Source: an uncultured delta proteobacterium | Lineage (GTDB): Bacteria; Myxococcota; Myxococcia; Myxococcales; Myxococcaceae | Assembly: GCA_963796055.1 (NCBI GenBank) | Contig: CAWCKH010000004.1 | Span: forward strand, 832,001 to 896,000 | DNA length: 64,000 bases | Direction: 5' to 3' | Shown: positions 41,016 to 49,410 of the stretch, piece after piece | How positions within the stretch are numbered: position 1 is the stretch's first letter | Layout of the letters: every line of letters starts with the position of its first letter | Made by a program: the position numbers and the translations under genes | Notes under the pieces: generated by a model | Databases searched by the model: none | The model's input: the letters and a program-made list of their open reading frames with translations, nothing else | What the model was told of the DNA's origin: nothing

Positions 41016-43247
41016 ATGCTCGCGCTCATGTTCGACTTCCTCAACGCGCCCTACCCCTGGAGTCCTCAGGCGATCGCCGATCTGCTCTGGGTGATCGTCG
41101 CCCTTCCGCTGGCCGGCGCCTTCCTCTGCGGCGTGCTCGGCAAGTTCATGGGCCGGGCGAACGTGAACTTCCTCGCCTGCGCCACGGTGGGCGGCTCGTT
41201 CCTGCTCTCGGCGATCGCCATGTTCTCGGTGGGAACCCGCTCCACCGCGTTCACCTCCCCGGCCAGCGGCAACCCGGTCCAGTGGGCCCTCTGGCTGGAC
41301 ATCGGCCGCTGGTTCGCCGCGGGCGACTTCAGCGCGCACTATGGCTTCATGGTGGACCGGCTGACCGCGGCGCTGCTCCTGGTCATCACCGGCATCGGCT
41401 TCCTCATCCACCTGTACTCCACCGAGTACATGGAGCACGACGAGGGGTACTGGCGGTACTTCGCGTACCTCAACCTCTTCGTGGCCATGATGCTGACCCT
41501 GGTCATGGCCGACAACCTGGTCCTCCTCTTCGTTGGCTGGGAGGGGGTGGGGCTCTGCAGCTACCTCCTGATCGGCTTCTGGTACCAGGACACCGAGAAG
41601 GCCTTCGCCGGCCGCAAGGCCTTCATCACCAACCGCATCGGCGACTTCGCCTTCATCATCGGGATGATCCTCCTGATCCTGATGCTCCAGGCCACCGAGG
41701 CGATGGGAAGGGCCGGGCCAGGGCGGGGCAACTTCACCGACATCGGGCCGGCCCGAGCCTGGATCAGCGCGATGCACGAGCAGGGACCGCTGAACGTGGA
41801 GGTACTCCGCGGCTGGGCAGCCCGCATCCCTCCCGATCAGGGCGAGAAGACCCGGGGGTTGATGACCCTGGCCACCCCGATCACCGAGGGTTCGCTGAAG
41901 GGGAAGACCTACGGCCAGGTGCTGACCGCGGCGCTGCTGCTGCTGCTGATCGGGGCGACGGGGAAGAGCGCGCAGATTCCCCTCTACGTCTGGCTGGCGG
42001 ACGCGATGGCCGGTCCGACACCGGTCTCGGCGCTCATCCACGCCGCGACCATGGTGACCGCCGGGGTGTACCTGTTCTGCCGGCTGAGCTTCCTGCTGGT
42101 CCTCTCGCCCACCGCGATGTTCTGGGTGGCGATGGTGGGAGCGCTGACCGCGGTCTGGGCCGCGCTGATCGCCTTCGCCCAGAACGACATCAAGAAGGTG
42201 CTGGCCTACTCCACCGTCTCCCAGCTCGGCTTCATGTTCATGGGGGCGGGTCTGGGGGTGTGGTGGGCCGCGGCGCTTCACCTCGTGACCCACGCCTGCT
42301 TCAAGGCCTGCCTGTTCCTCGGTGCCGGCTCGGTGATGCACGGCAACGCCGACGAGACCGACATCCGGCGGCTGGGCGGGCTCCGCAAGGAGATGCCCTG
42401 GACTTGGGCCACCTTCCTCATCGCCACCCTGGCCATCACCGGCATCGTTCCCCTGAGCGGCTTCTTCTCCAAGGACGCCATCCTGCACGGGGCGCACACC
42501 GCGGAGGTCGCCGGGTACCCGTACCTGGGCCACCTGGTCTACGGGCTCGGGCTGTTCGGGGCCCTGTGCACCGCGTTCTACATGACCCGGCTCTACGTCC
42601 TGACCTTCGAGGGCAAGCGGGCCGCGGACGCCAGGGTGCCCCACGCGCACGAGAGCGGCTTCCGGATGGTGTCGGTGCTGGTGGTGCTCGCCGCCCTCTC
42701 GGTGATCGGGATCGTCTGGGGCTGGCCGGAGCTCATCCCCGGTCCGCGCGGAGAGAAGGTGGCACTGATGGAGGGCTACCTCTACCCCGCCTTCCAGCTG
42801 GCAGAGGGGCTCGCCAGTCGCTTCCACCTGGTGGTGCACGAGCACGCCTCACCCTGGCCCGGGTTCGCGATCGCCTGGGTCATCGCGCTGGCCGGAGGCG
42901 GGGCGGGGTGGTTCGTCTACCGGCGCTGGCTGCCCGAGCGTGCCGGGCGCCCGCTGCCTGCGGCCATTGCCGTCTTCTGGCGCTGGGCCAGCCACAAGTT
43001 CTACGTGGACGAGCTGTACAACTTCCTGGTCATCCGGCCCTTCACCGCACTCTCCAACGTCCTCTACAAGGTGGTGGACGCCGGGCTCATCGACGCCGTG
43101 GCGGTGGGTGGGACCGCGGGGGCGCTGCGCAAGGCCGGGAGCTGGCTCCGCTACACCCAGACCGGTAACGCGCAGAACTACGCCACGGTGATGGTGGTGG
43201 GCATGCTGATCTCCATCGGGGTGGTGCTGACCTGGGTGCTGCGATGA
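41016..43247 (+). CDS. nuoL: NADH-quinone oxidoreductase subunit L
   Basis: GWEGVGLCSYLLIGFW, GKSAQIPLYVWLADAMAGPTPVSALIHAATMV and HACFKACLFL motifs. Confidence 0.96.
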   Translation: MLALMFDFLNAPYPWSPQAIADLLWVIVALPLAGAFLCGVLGKFMGRANVNFLACATVGGSFLLSAIAMFSVGTRSTAFTSPASGNPVQWALWLDIGRWFAAGDFSAHYGFMVDRLTAALLLVITGIGFLIHLYSTEYMEHDEGYWRYFAYLNLFVAMMLTLVMADNLVLLFVGWEGVGLCSYLLIGFWYQDTEKAFAGRKAFITNRIGDFAFIIGMILLILMLQATEAMGRAGPGRGNFTDIGPARAWISAMHEQGPLNVEVLRGWAARIPPDQGEKTRGLMTLATPITEGSLKGKTYGQVLTAALLLLLIGATGKSAQIPLYVWLADAMAGPTPVSALIHAATMVTAGVYLFCRLSFLLVLSPTAMFWVAMVGALTAVWAALIAFAQNDIKKVLAYSTVSQLGFMFMGAGLGVWWAAALHLVTHACFKACLFLGAGSVMHGNADETDIRRLGGLRKEMPWTWATFLIATLAITGIVPLSGFFSKDAILHGAHTAEVAGYPYLGHLVYGLGLFGALCTAFYMTRLYVLTFEGKRAADARVPHAHESGFRMVSVLVVLAALSVIGIVWGWPELIPGPRGEKVALMEGYLYPAFQLAEGLASRFHLVVHEHASPWPGFAIAWVIALAGGGAGWFVYRRWLPERAGRPLPAAIAVFWRWASHKFYVDELYNFLVIRPFTALSNVLYKVVDAGLIDAVAVGGTAGALRKAGSWLRYTQTGNAQNYATVMVVGMLISIGVVLTWVLR

Positions 43248-44923
43248 GCACGCTCACTCCCTGGCTGATCACCGTGGTGATGTTCCAGCCCCTGGCGGCG
43301 GCGGCGGTGGTGGCCCTGCTGCCGCAGAACGAGAAGCGGCTGGTCCGGGCCTGGACCTTCCTGGCGATGTTGCTGAACTTCGGGCTGACGGTGCTCCTCT
43401 ACGGGCTCTTCGAGCCCCGGGGAGCCGAGTTCCAGCTCGAGCAGCGCCTCCCGTGGATCCCCGACCTGGGCATCAGCTACCACGTGGGCGTCGACGGCCT
43501 GGCCGTCTCCCTGATGTTGCTCACCGGGTTCCTCGGGCCGCTGGTGGTGCTGGCCAGCTGGAGCTTCATCGAGTCCCGGGTGAAGAGCTTCCACCTGGCG
43601 CTGCTGCTCATCCAGTCCGCGATGCTGGGGACGCTGGCGTCGCTGGACGTCATCCTCTTCTACGTCTTCTTCGAGGCGATGCTCATCCCCATGTACCTGA
43701 TCATCGGGGTGTGGGGCTCGGAGGAGCGGACGAAGGCGGCGATGAAGTTCTTCCTCTACACCCTCGCCGGCTCGCTGGTGATGCTGGTGGCGATCCTCGC
43801 GGTGTACTTCCTCGGTCAGCCCGCGGGCGCCCGAAGCTTCGACTACGCCACGTTCTACAACTCGCTCGCCCCGGCCAACCGCGAGCTGGCAGCCTGCTTC
43901 GCCGGGAAGGCCGTGAGCTGCGCCTCGCTCTCGCCGCTGGCCCAGGCGCTGCGGGTCTACGGCCCGTGGATGTTCCTGGCCTTCGCGCTGGCCTTCGCGA
44001 TCAAGGTGCCGATGTTCCCGTTGCACACCTGGTTGCCGGACGCGCACGTGCAGGCGCCGGTGGCGGGGTCGGTCATCCTCGCCGGGGTGATGCTGAAGAT
44101 GGGGACCTTCGGGTTCTGGCGCTACGCCATCCCCCTCTTCCCGGTGGCCGCGCAGCAGATGCGGGTGCCGTTCGCGGTGCTCTCGGTGGTGGGCATCGTC
44201 TACGGGGCGATGATGTGCCTGGCCCAGCGAGACGTGAAGAAGCTCATCGCCTACAGCTCGGTGAGCCACCTGGGGTTCTGCATGCTGGGCATCTTCGCCC
44301 TGACCGCCGAGGGAGCGAGCGGCAGCGCCTACCAGATGCTGAACCACGGGGTGTCGACCGGGGCGCTGTTCCTCCTCTTCGGCTTCCTCTACGAGCGGCG
44401 CCACAGCCGGGCGATCATCGAGTACGGCGGCATCGCCAAGAGCATGCCGGTGTTCGCCGCGCTGTTCCTGATCATCACCTTCTCCAGCATCGCGGTCCCG
44501 GGGACCAACGGGTTCGTCGGCGAGTTCCTGGTGCTGCTGGGGACGTTCAAGTCCACCCTCCTCTCGATGTGGCTGGGGGTCTTCGCCGCCACCGGGGTCA
44601 TCCTCGGCGCGGCCTACATGCTGTGGATGGTGCAGCGGGTCTTCTTCGGCCCGCTGGTGCAGGTGGAGAACGCCCGGCTCACCGACGTGAACGGCCGTGA
44701 GCTGGCGGCCGCGCTGCCCTTGGTGGTGACGGTGCTGGTGATGGGCGTGCTCCCCGGCTTCTTCCTCGACCGACTCCAGACCTCCTCCCAGCGGTACGTG
44801 GCCCGGGCGCAGGTGGGCCTCGACGTGCAGATGCGCGACGAGGAGACCCGGATGACGGTGCTCCCGCTCCCCACTCCCTCACCGGTGGCGGCGCTGCCGC
44901 CCGGCACCTCCGCCCAGCGCTAG
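43244..44923 (+). CDS. nuoM: NADH-quinone oxidoreductase subunit M
   Basis: AIKVPMFPLHTWLPDAHVQAP, KKLIAYSSVSH and PGTNGFVGEF motifs. Confidence 0.96.
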   Translation: MSTLTPWLITVVMFQPLAAAAVVALLPQNEKRLVRAWTFLAMLLNFGLTVLLYGLFEPRGAEFQLEQRLPWIPDLGISYHVGVDGLAVSLMLLTGFLGPLVVLASWSFIESRVKSFHLALLLIQSAMLGTLASLDVILFYVFFEAMLIPMYLIIGVWGSEERTKAAMKFFLYTLAGSLVMLVAILAVYFLGQPAGARSFDYATFYNSLAPANRELAACFAGKAVSCASLSPLAQALRVYGPWMFLAFALAFAIKVPMFPLHTWLPDAHVQAPVAGSVILAGVMLKMGTFGFWRYAIPLFPVAAQQMRVPFAVLSVVGIVYGAMMCLAQRDVKKLIAYSSVSHLGFCMLGIFALTAEGASGSAYQMLNHGVSTGALFLLFGFLYERRHSRAIIEYGGIAKSMPVFAALFLIITFSSIAVPGTNGFVGEFLVLLGTFKSTLLSMWLGVFAATGVILGAAYMLWMVQRVFFGPLVQVENARLTDVNGRELAAALPLVVTVLVMGVLPGFFLDRLQTSSQRYVARAQVGLDVQMRDEETRMTVLPLPTPSPVAALPPGTSAQR

Positions 44924-44929
44924 GCCCCC

Positions 44930-46501
44930 ATGCTCGCTCTGCCCTCGCTGACCGCCGCCGACTTCTTGCCACTCTGGCCCGCGCTGATCCTCAGCGCCGG
45001 GGCGTGCCTGGTGCTCCTCTCCGAGGTGTTCCTCTCCTCGGCCTCGCGCACCTTCCAGGCGCCGCTCACCGTCGGCTCGACGGCGCTGGCGGGGGTGGTG
45101 GCCGGGGCCACGGCGCTCTCCGCCCCGAGGGAGGTGTTCCTCGGCTTCGCGGTGCTCGATCCGTTCGGGAGCCTGGTGACCCTGCTGGTCTGCATCGGGG
45201 TGGGGCTGTCGGCGCTGCTCGCCCCGGCGTTCCTCCGCGGCCGGCACGCCGAGCGCGGCGAGTTCTACGCGCTGCTGCTCTTCGGCGGGGCGGGGATGAG
45301 CCTGCTCGGGCTGTCCAACGAGCTGATCCTCCTCTTCATCAATCTGGAGATCCTCAGCGTCGCCACCTACGCCCTGGCCGCGTACCTGCGCCGGGGTCCC
45401 CGGCCGGCGGAGGCGGGGTTCAAGTACTTCATCCTCGGGGCGTTCAGCTCGGCGGTGCTGCTCTACGGGACGGCGCTGCTGTTCGGGGCGACCCGGAGCA
45501 CCGTGCTCCCGCAGATGGCGGCAGAGCTGGCCCGCGTGTTCTCCGAGCCGAGCCTGGCCGACCGGCGCCCGCTGGCCTACTGCGGCCTGGCGCTGATCGG
45601 CGCGGGGTTCGGCTTCAAGATCGCCGCGGTGCCGTTCCACATGTGGACCCCGGACGTCTACGAGGGCGCGCCCACGCCGGTGACGGCGATGATGAGCGCG
45701 GCGGTCAAGGCGGCGGCGTTCGCGGCGATGGTGCGGGTGTTCCTGGTGCTGGGGCGCGGCATCCCCGGCGACGCACTGCTCAGCGGCTTCTCCACCCTGG
45801 CCCTGCTGACGATGATCGTCGGAAATCTGCTGGCGCTTCCGCAGCGGAACGTGAAGCGGATGCTGGCCTACTCGTCGATCTCCCACGCCGGCTACCTCCT
45901 GGTGGGAGTGGCCTCGCTGTTCGTCCGGAGCGGGAGCAGCAAGCGCGGCCTGCTGGGCGTGACCACGCTCGCCGCCGGCGCCACGCCGGACACCTCGGCG
46001 GCGCTGCGGGGCATCCTCTTCTACCTGCTGGCCTACACCGTGACCACGGTCGGGGCCTTCGGGGTGCTGGGGGCCCTGGAGCAGAAGGACGACGAGGTAC
46101 GGGGCTTCGCCTGGGACCTGGACCGGCTCGCCGGCCTGGCGCAGCGGAAGCCGGCCTGGGCGTTCGCGATGGCGGTGTTCATGCTCTCGCTGGGCGGCAT
46201 TCCCCCCATGGCAGGGTTCATGGGCAAGCTGCTCATCTTCCGCGCCGCGGTGGACGCCGGTCTGGTGGGCCTGGTCATCGTGGGCGTGCTCACCAGCGCG
46301 GTGGGCGCGTATTACTACCTGCGGGTGGTGGTCTACATGTACATGCGGCCCGCCCCCGAGGCAGGGGCGCTGCCCGAGCGCAGCTTCGCCACCGAGCTGG
46401 CGCTGCTGCTGAGCACCGCGGCGGTGGTGGTGCTGGGCGTGCTTCCGCAGCTGGCCGCCGGGTGGCTGTCACGGGGCGGGTCGGTGTTCCTGGGGCGGTA
46501 G
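44930..46501 (+). CDS. nuoN: NADH-quinone oxidoreductase subunit N
   Basis: EAGFKYFILG, FKIAAVPFHMWTPDVYEGAP and KRMLAYSSISHAGY motifs. Confidence 0.96.
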   Translation: MLALPSLTAADFLPLWPALILSAGACLVLLSEVFLSSASRTFQAPLTVGSTALAGVVAGATALSAPREVFLGFAVLDPFGSLVTLLVCIGVGLSALLAPAFLRGRHAERGEFYALLLFGGAGMSLLGLSNELILLFINLEILSVATYALAAYLRRGPRPAEAGFKYFILGAFSSAVLLYGTALLFGATRSTVLPQMAAELARVFSEPSLADRRPLAYCGLALIGAGFGFKIAAVPFHMWTPDVYEGAPTPVTAMMSAAVKAAAFAAMVRVFLVLGRGIPGDALLSGFSTLALLTMIVGNLLALPQRNVKRMLAYSSISHAGYLLVGVASLFVRSGSSKRGLLGVTTLAAGATPDTSAALRGILFYLLAYTVTTVGAFGVLGALEQKDDEVRGFAWDLDRLAGLAQRKPAWAFAMAVFMLSLGGIPPMAGFMGKLLIFRAAVDAGLVGLVIVGVLTSAVGAYYYLRVVVYMYMRPAPEAGALPERSFATELALLLSTAAVVVLGVLPQLAAGWLSRGGSVFLGR

Positions 46502-46515
46502 CAGACGCGTGGGGG

Positions 46516-46543
46516 GTGGGGCAGCGGCGCTGCCCCACTTCTC
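46516..46543 (+). terminator. Probable intrinsic terminator of the nuo operon
   Basis: Perfect 10-bp stem GTGGGGCAGC-GGC-GCTGCCCCAC followed by TTCTC, 15 bp after the nuoN stop. Confidence 0.6.
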
Positions 46544-46592
46544 GGCGAACGACCGTTGTCTCCCGGGCGTGGGGCGTGGCCTCCTCTGCCGC

Positions 46593-47546
46593 ATGACCGC
46601 CCCCACCCCGTCCACGTTCGCCGCCGTGCTCCGTGCCGAGCTCACTCGCCGGTGCGCGAGGAACCCGAGCTACTCGCTCCGCGCCTTCGCCCGCGCGCTG
46701 GACACCGACCACGCGACGCTCTCGCAGATCCTCCGGGGCCGGCGCGCGCTCACCCGCGACACCATCGTCCAGCTCGGGGAGCGGCTGGGACTCGAGCCGG
46801 CGCGGATCGAGGCCTTCGTCCGCGATGCCGCCGCGGCCCGGGCGGGCCCTCCGGGCGCGAGCGCCGCCCTCGACGCCGCGGCCATCCTCGCCGAGCCGCT
46901 CCACCACCAGCTGCTGGCGCTGGTCCACACCGAGGACTTCCGCGGAGACTCGCGCTTCCTCGCCCAGGTGCTGGACACCACGCCGGATGCGATCAACGTC
47001 CTGCTCCAGCGCCTGCTCCGCTTCGGGCTGCTGACGATGAACGAGGGGAGCTGGCGCGACGTGACCGGCGCCGGCGAGCTCGATCCCGACGGATTCGAGC
47101 GCGCCGTGTGGGAGCAGGCCGCAAGGCGCGTGGCAGGCGCCGCCACGGGGGAGCCCACCGCCCCGACCGCGGGGGACGTCAGCCCGCACCCGGTGCGCAA
47201 GTTCCAGATCCTCGCCCGGGACCCGGACGCGACCGCGGCCTTCTACCAGCGCCTCTTCGGCTGGACCGTGCACCGGGCCAACGCGCTCGGGTACCGGGAG
47301 GTCTCCACCGGCCCCGACGGAATCGAGGGTGGCATCTGGCCCACGCCTCCGGAGGGCAAGCCTCTGGTGCAGCTGTTCATCGAGGCGACCGAGCTGGAGG
47401 ACACCGTCGAGCGCGCCCACGGCCTCGGCGCGCAGGTCATCGTCCCCCCGCAGGCGCTCCCCGAGGGCGACGCGCTCGCCATCCTCGCCGACCCCGAGGG
47501 TCGGCCCTTCGCGGTCTACAGCCGGGGACCGGGGCGGCGCGGATGA
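46593..47546 (+). CDS. HTH (TIGR02147/DUF4423-like N-terminus) fused to a VOC/glyoxalase domain
   Basis: RNPSYSLRAFARAL...TLSQILRGRRAL at the N-terminus. HPVRKFQI...AFYQRLFGW...GGIW...LGAQVIVPP...DPEGRPF at the C-terminus. Confidence 0.75.
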   Translation: MTAPTPSTFAAVLRAELTRRCARNPSYSLRAFARALDTDHATLSQILRGRRALTRDTIVQLGERLGLEPARIEAFVRDAAAARAGPPGASAALDAAAILAEPLHHQLLALVHTEDFRGDSRFLAQVLDTTPDAINVLLQRLLRFGLLTMNEGSWRDVTGAGELDPDGFERAVWEQAARRVAGAATGEPTAPTAGDVSPHPVRKFQILARDPDATAAFYQRLFGWTVHRANALGYREVSTGPDGIEGGIWPTPPEGKPLVQLFIEATELEDTVERAHGLGAQVIVPPQALPEGDALAILADPEGRPFAVYSRGPGRRG

Positions 47547-48742
47547 GCACGGCGTGGCTCGCGCTCGGATCCGTCCTTCTCGCCTCGCAGCCGCAGGGCA
47601 CCGGTCTCGAGCAGCTCCAGGCCGCTCGCCGGGCGGTGATCGACGCCGACCTTCACGGTGACTGGACGGCGCTGATCGCCGCGCGAGAGCAGCTGACGAA
47701 GCTCTCTGGCGTGCCCGGGCTCCGCGGCCTGGTGGAGTACGAGCTCGGGTACGCGGACTGGCGGCTCTCGTCGCTCGCCTACCTCGGCGCGGGGAAGGAC
47801 GCGCAGATGGAGCTGATGCTCCGGGCCGCCGCCGAGCTCCAGGCGTCCGTCGCCGCGCGCCCCGACTTCGCCGACGCGCAGGCGCTGCTCGCCTGGGTGG
47901 CGGGGTCGGCGCTGGGGACGGACGCAGAGCGAGGCGCTCCGCTGGGCCGGCTCATCCAGCCCGCGTGGAAGGCTGCCGCACCAGCGGTGGCCTCGAACCC
48001 CCGGGTCGCGCTGCTCCGGGCGATGTCCACCACCTTCGCCCCTCCAGCACACGGCGGGAACCGGGAGCGGGGACTCGAGCAGTGGAAGGCAGCCGCCGCG
48101 CTGTTCGAGAAGGGAGCGCGCGGGGACCCGGAGCTGCCGATCTGGGGGCGGGCCGAGAGCCTGGGCTGGCTCGGAGGAGCGCTCCTCGCCGGAGGAGACC
48201 CGGCCGGGGCGGTCAGGTGGTTCGAGCGGGCGCTCGCCGTCCGGCCGGACTTCTGGTGGGTCCGGACGCTGGGGCTTCCTCAGGCACGCCGGGCTGTGGT
48301 CGCCTCCGTACGGACGGCGGGCGCCCAGCCCGCCGGGAGGACGGGCATGGACGAGGCGATGCGCGGCATCGAGGCGCTCCGGCGGCGCGACGAGGCGGCG
48401 AGCAAGGCGTACGACGTGAAGGCGCTGGCCGAGCTCTGGACGAAGGATGCGGTGGCGCTGCCCCCGGGCGGACCGGTGAAGCGCGGACCCGAGCTCCAGG
48501 CGGACCTGGCGAAGATGGCGGAGGCAGCCCGGGGCACGGAGGTGCTCGACTACCGAGAGGTGTTCGAGGAGACGCTGGTCTTCGGCGACACGGCCGTCGA
48601 GTGGGGCCACATCGAGGGCAGCGAGCGAGACCGGTCCACGGGGAAGGTCACCACCAGCCGCTTCCACCTGATGCGGATCCTCAAGCGCGTCGAGGATGGC
48701 AGCTGGAGAGTGCACCGGAGCATCTTCGCCCCGGCGGGGTGA
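47543..48742 (+). CDS. Exported TPR-like protein with C-terminal NTF2/DUF4440-like domain
   Basis: Signal-like N-terminus, helical repeats (ALAVRPDFWWV), then DVKALAELWTKDAVALPPG...GDTAVEWG...LKRVEDGSWRVHR. ATGA overlap with the upstream gene. Confidence 0.7.
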   Translation: MSTAWLALGSVLLASQPQGTGLEQLQAARRAVIDADLHGDWTALIAAREQLTKLSGVPGLRGLVEYELGYADWRLSSLAYLGAGKDAQMELMLRAAAELQASVAARPDFADAQALLAWVAGSALGTDAERGAPLGRLIQPAWKAAAPAVASNPRVALLRAMSTTFAPPAHGGNRERGLEQWKAAAALFEKGARGDPELPIWGRAESLGWLGGALLAGGDPAGAVRWFERALAVRPDFWWVRTLGLPQARRAVVASVRTAGAQPAGRTGMDEAMRGIEALRRRDEAASKAYDVKALAELWTKDAVALPPGGPVKRGPELQADLAKMAEAARGTEVLDYREVFEETLVFGDTAVEWGHIEGSERDRSTGKVTTSRFHLMRILKRVEDGSWRVHRSIFAPAG

Positions 48743-48955
48743 GTCACGGGGGCGCGAGGCCGCCGCACGCTCCTCCGGCCGCAGACCCGGATGGCCGCGT
48801 GCCCACGCTGATCCGAGATCCACAGCGCGAGAAGAGGAGCCCTGCAGCGCAAGGTTTCGCGAGCGCGGTTCCAGGATCATTTTGGAACGGTCGGGGCGGA
48901 GGGATGGATCAGCCCCGGTGGGTGGAGCTGAGCACCCGGTGCAATGGAGCGGGGC

Positions 48956-48990
48956 TTGACTCGTCTACAGACGTAGTATTACATCTGTCG
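48956..48990 (+). promoter_or_regulatory. Promoter with two BlaI/CopY-type operator boxes
   Basis: TTGACT (48956-48961), 17 bp, TTACAT. Boxes TACAGACGTA (48966-48975) and TACATCTGTC (48980-48989) each differ by one base from TACAnnTGTA. Confidence 0.75.
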
Positions 48991-49011
48991 ACGAAGCCGA
49001 GAGGAGCTCGC

Positions 49012-49410
49012 ATGCCCGACGCCACGCAGCTCACCGACCTCCAGATCGCGCTGTTGCGCGTGCTCTGGGCCCGGCGGGAGGCCACCGTTGCCGAGATCGC
49101 CGAGGCGCTCCGGCCCGGCCGTGACCTGGCCCCCACCACCATCGCCACTCTGCTGAGTCGCCTGGAAAAACGCGGGGTTGTGGGTCACACCGCCCAGGGT
49201 AGGCAATACGTCTACCGGGCGCGCGTCTCGGAGGGCGAGGTCCGCCGCTCGATGGTGAGCGGGCTCACGAATCTGATGTTCGGGGGTGACGTGGCGGCGC
49301 TCATGAGTCACCTGCTCGACGTGGGCAGCGTCCGGCCGGGCGACCTGGAAAAGGTGCGCACCCTCATCGCCGAGGCCGAGGGCCGCAAGGGAAAGCGGGG
49401 CGTCCGATGA
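49012..49410 (+). CDS. BlaI/MecI/CopY family transcriptional repressor
   Basis: LTDLQIALLRVLW...ATVAEI...LAPTTIATLLSRLEKRG...GRQYVY. Confidence 0.92.
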   Translation: MPDATQLTDLQIALLRVLWARREATVAEIAEALRPGRDLAPTTIATLLSRLEKRGVVGHTAQGRQYVYRARVSEGEVRRSMVSGLTNLMFGGDVAALMSHLLDVGSVRPGDLEKVRTLIAEAEGRKGKRGVR

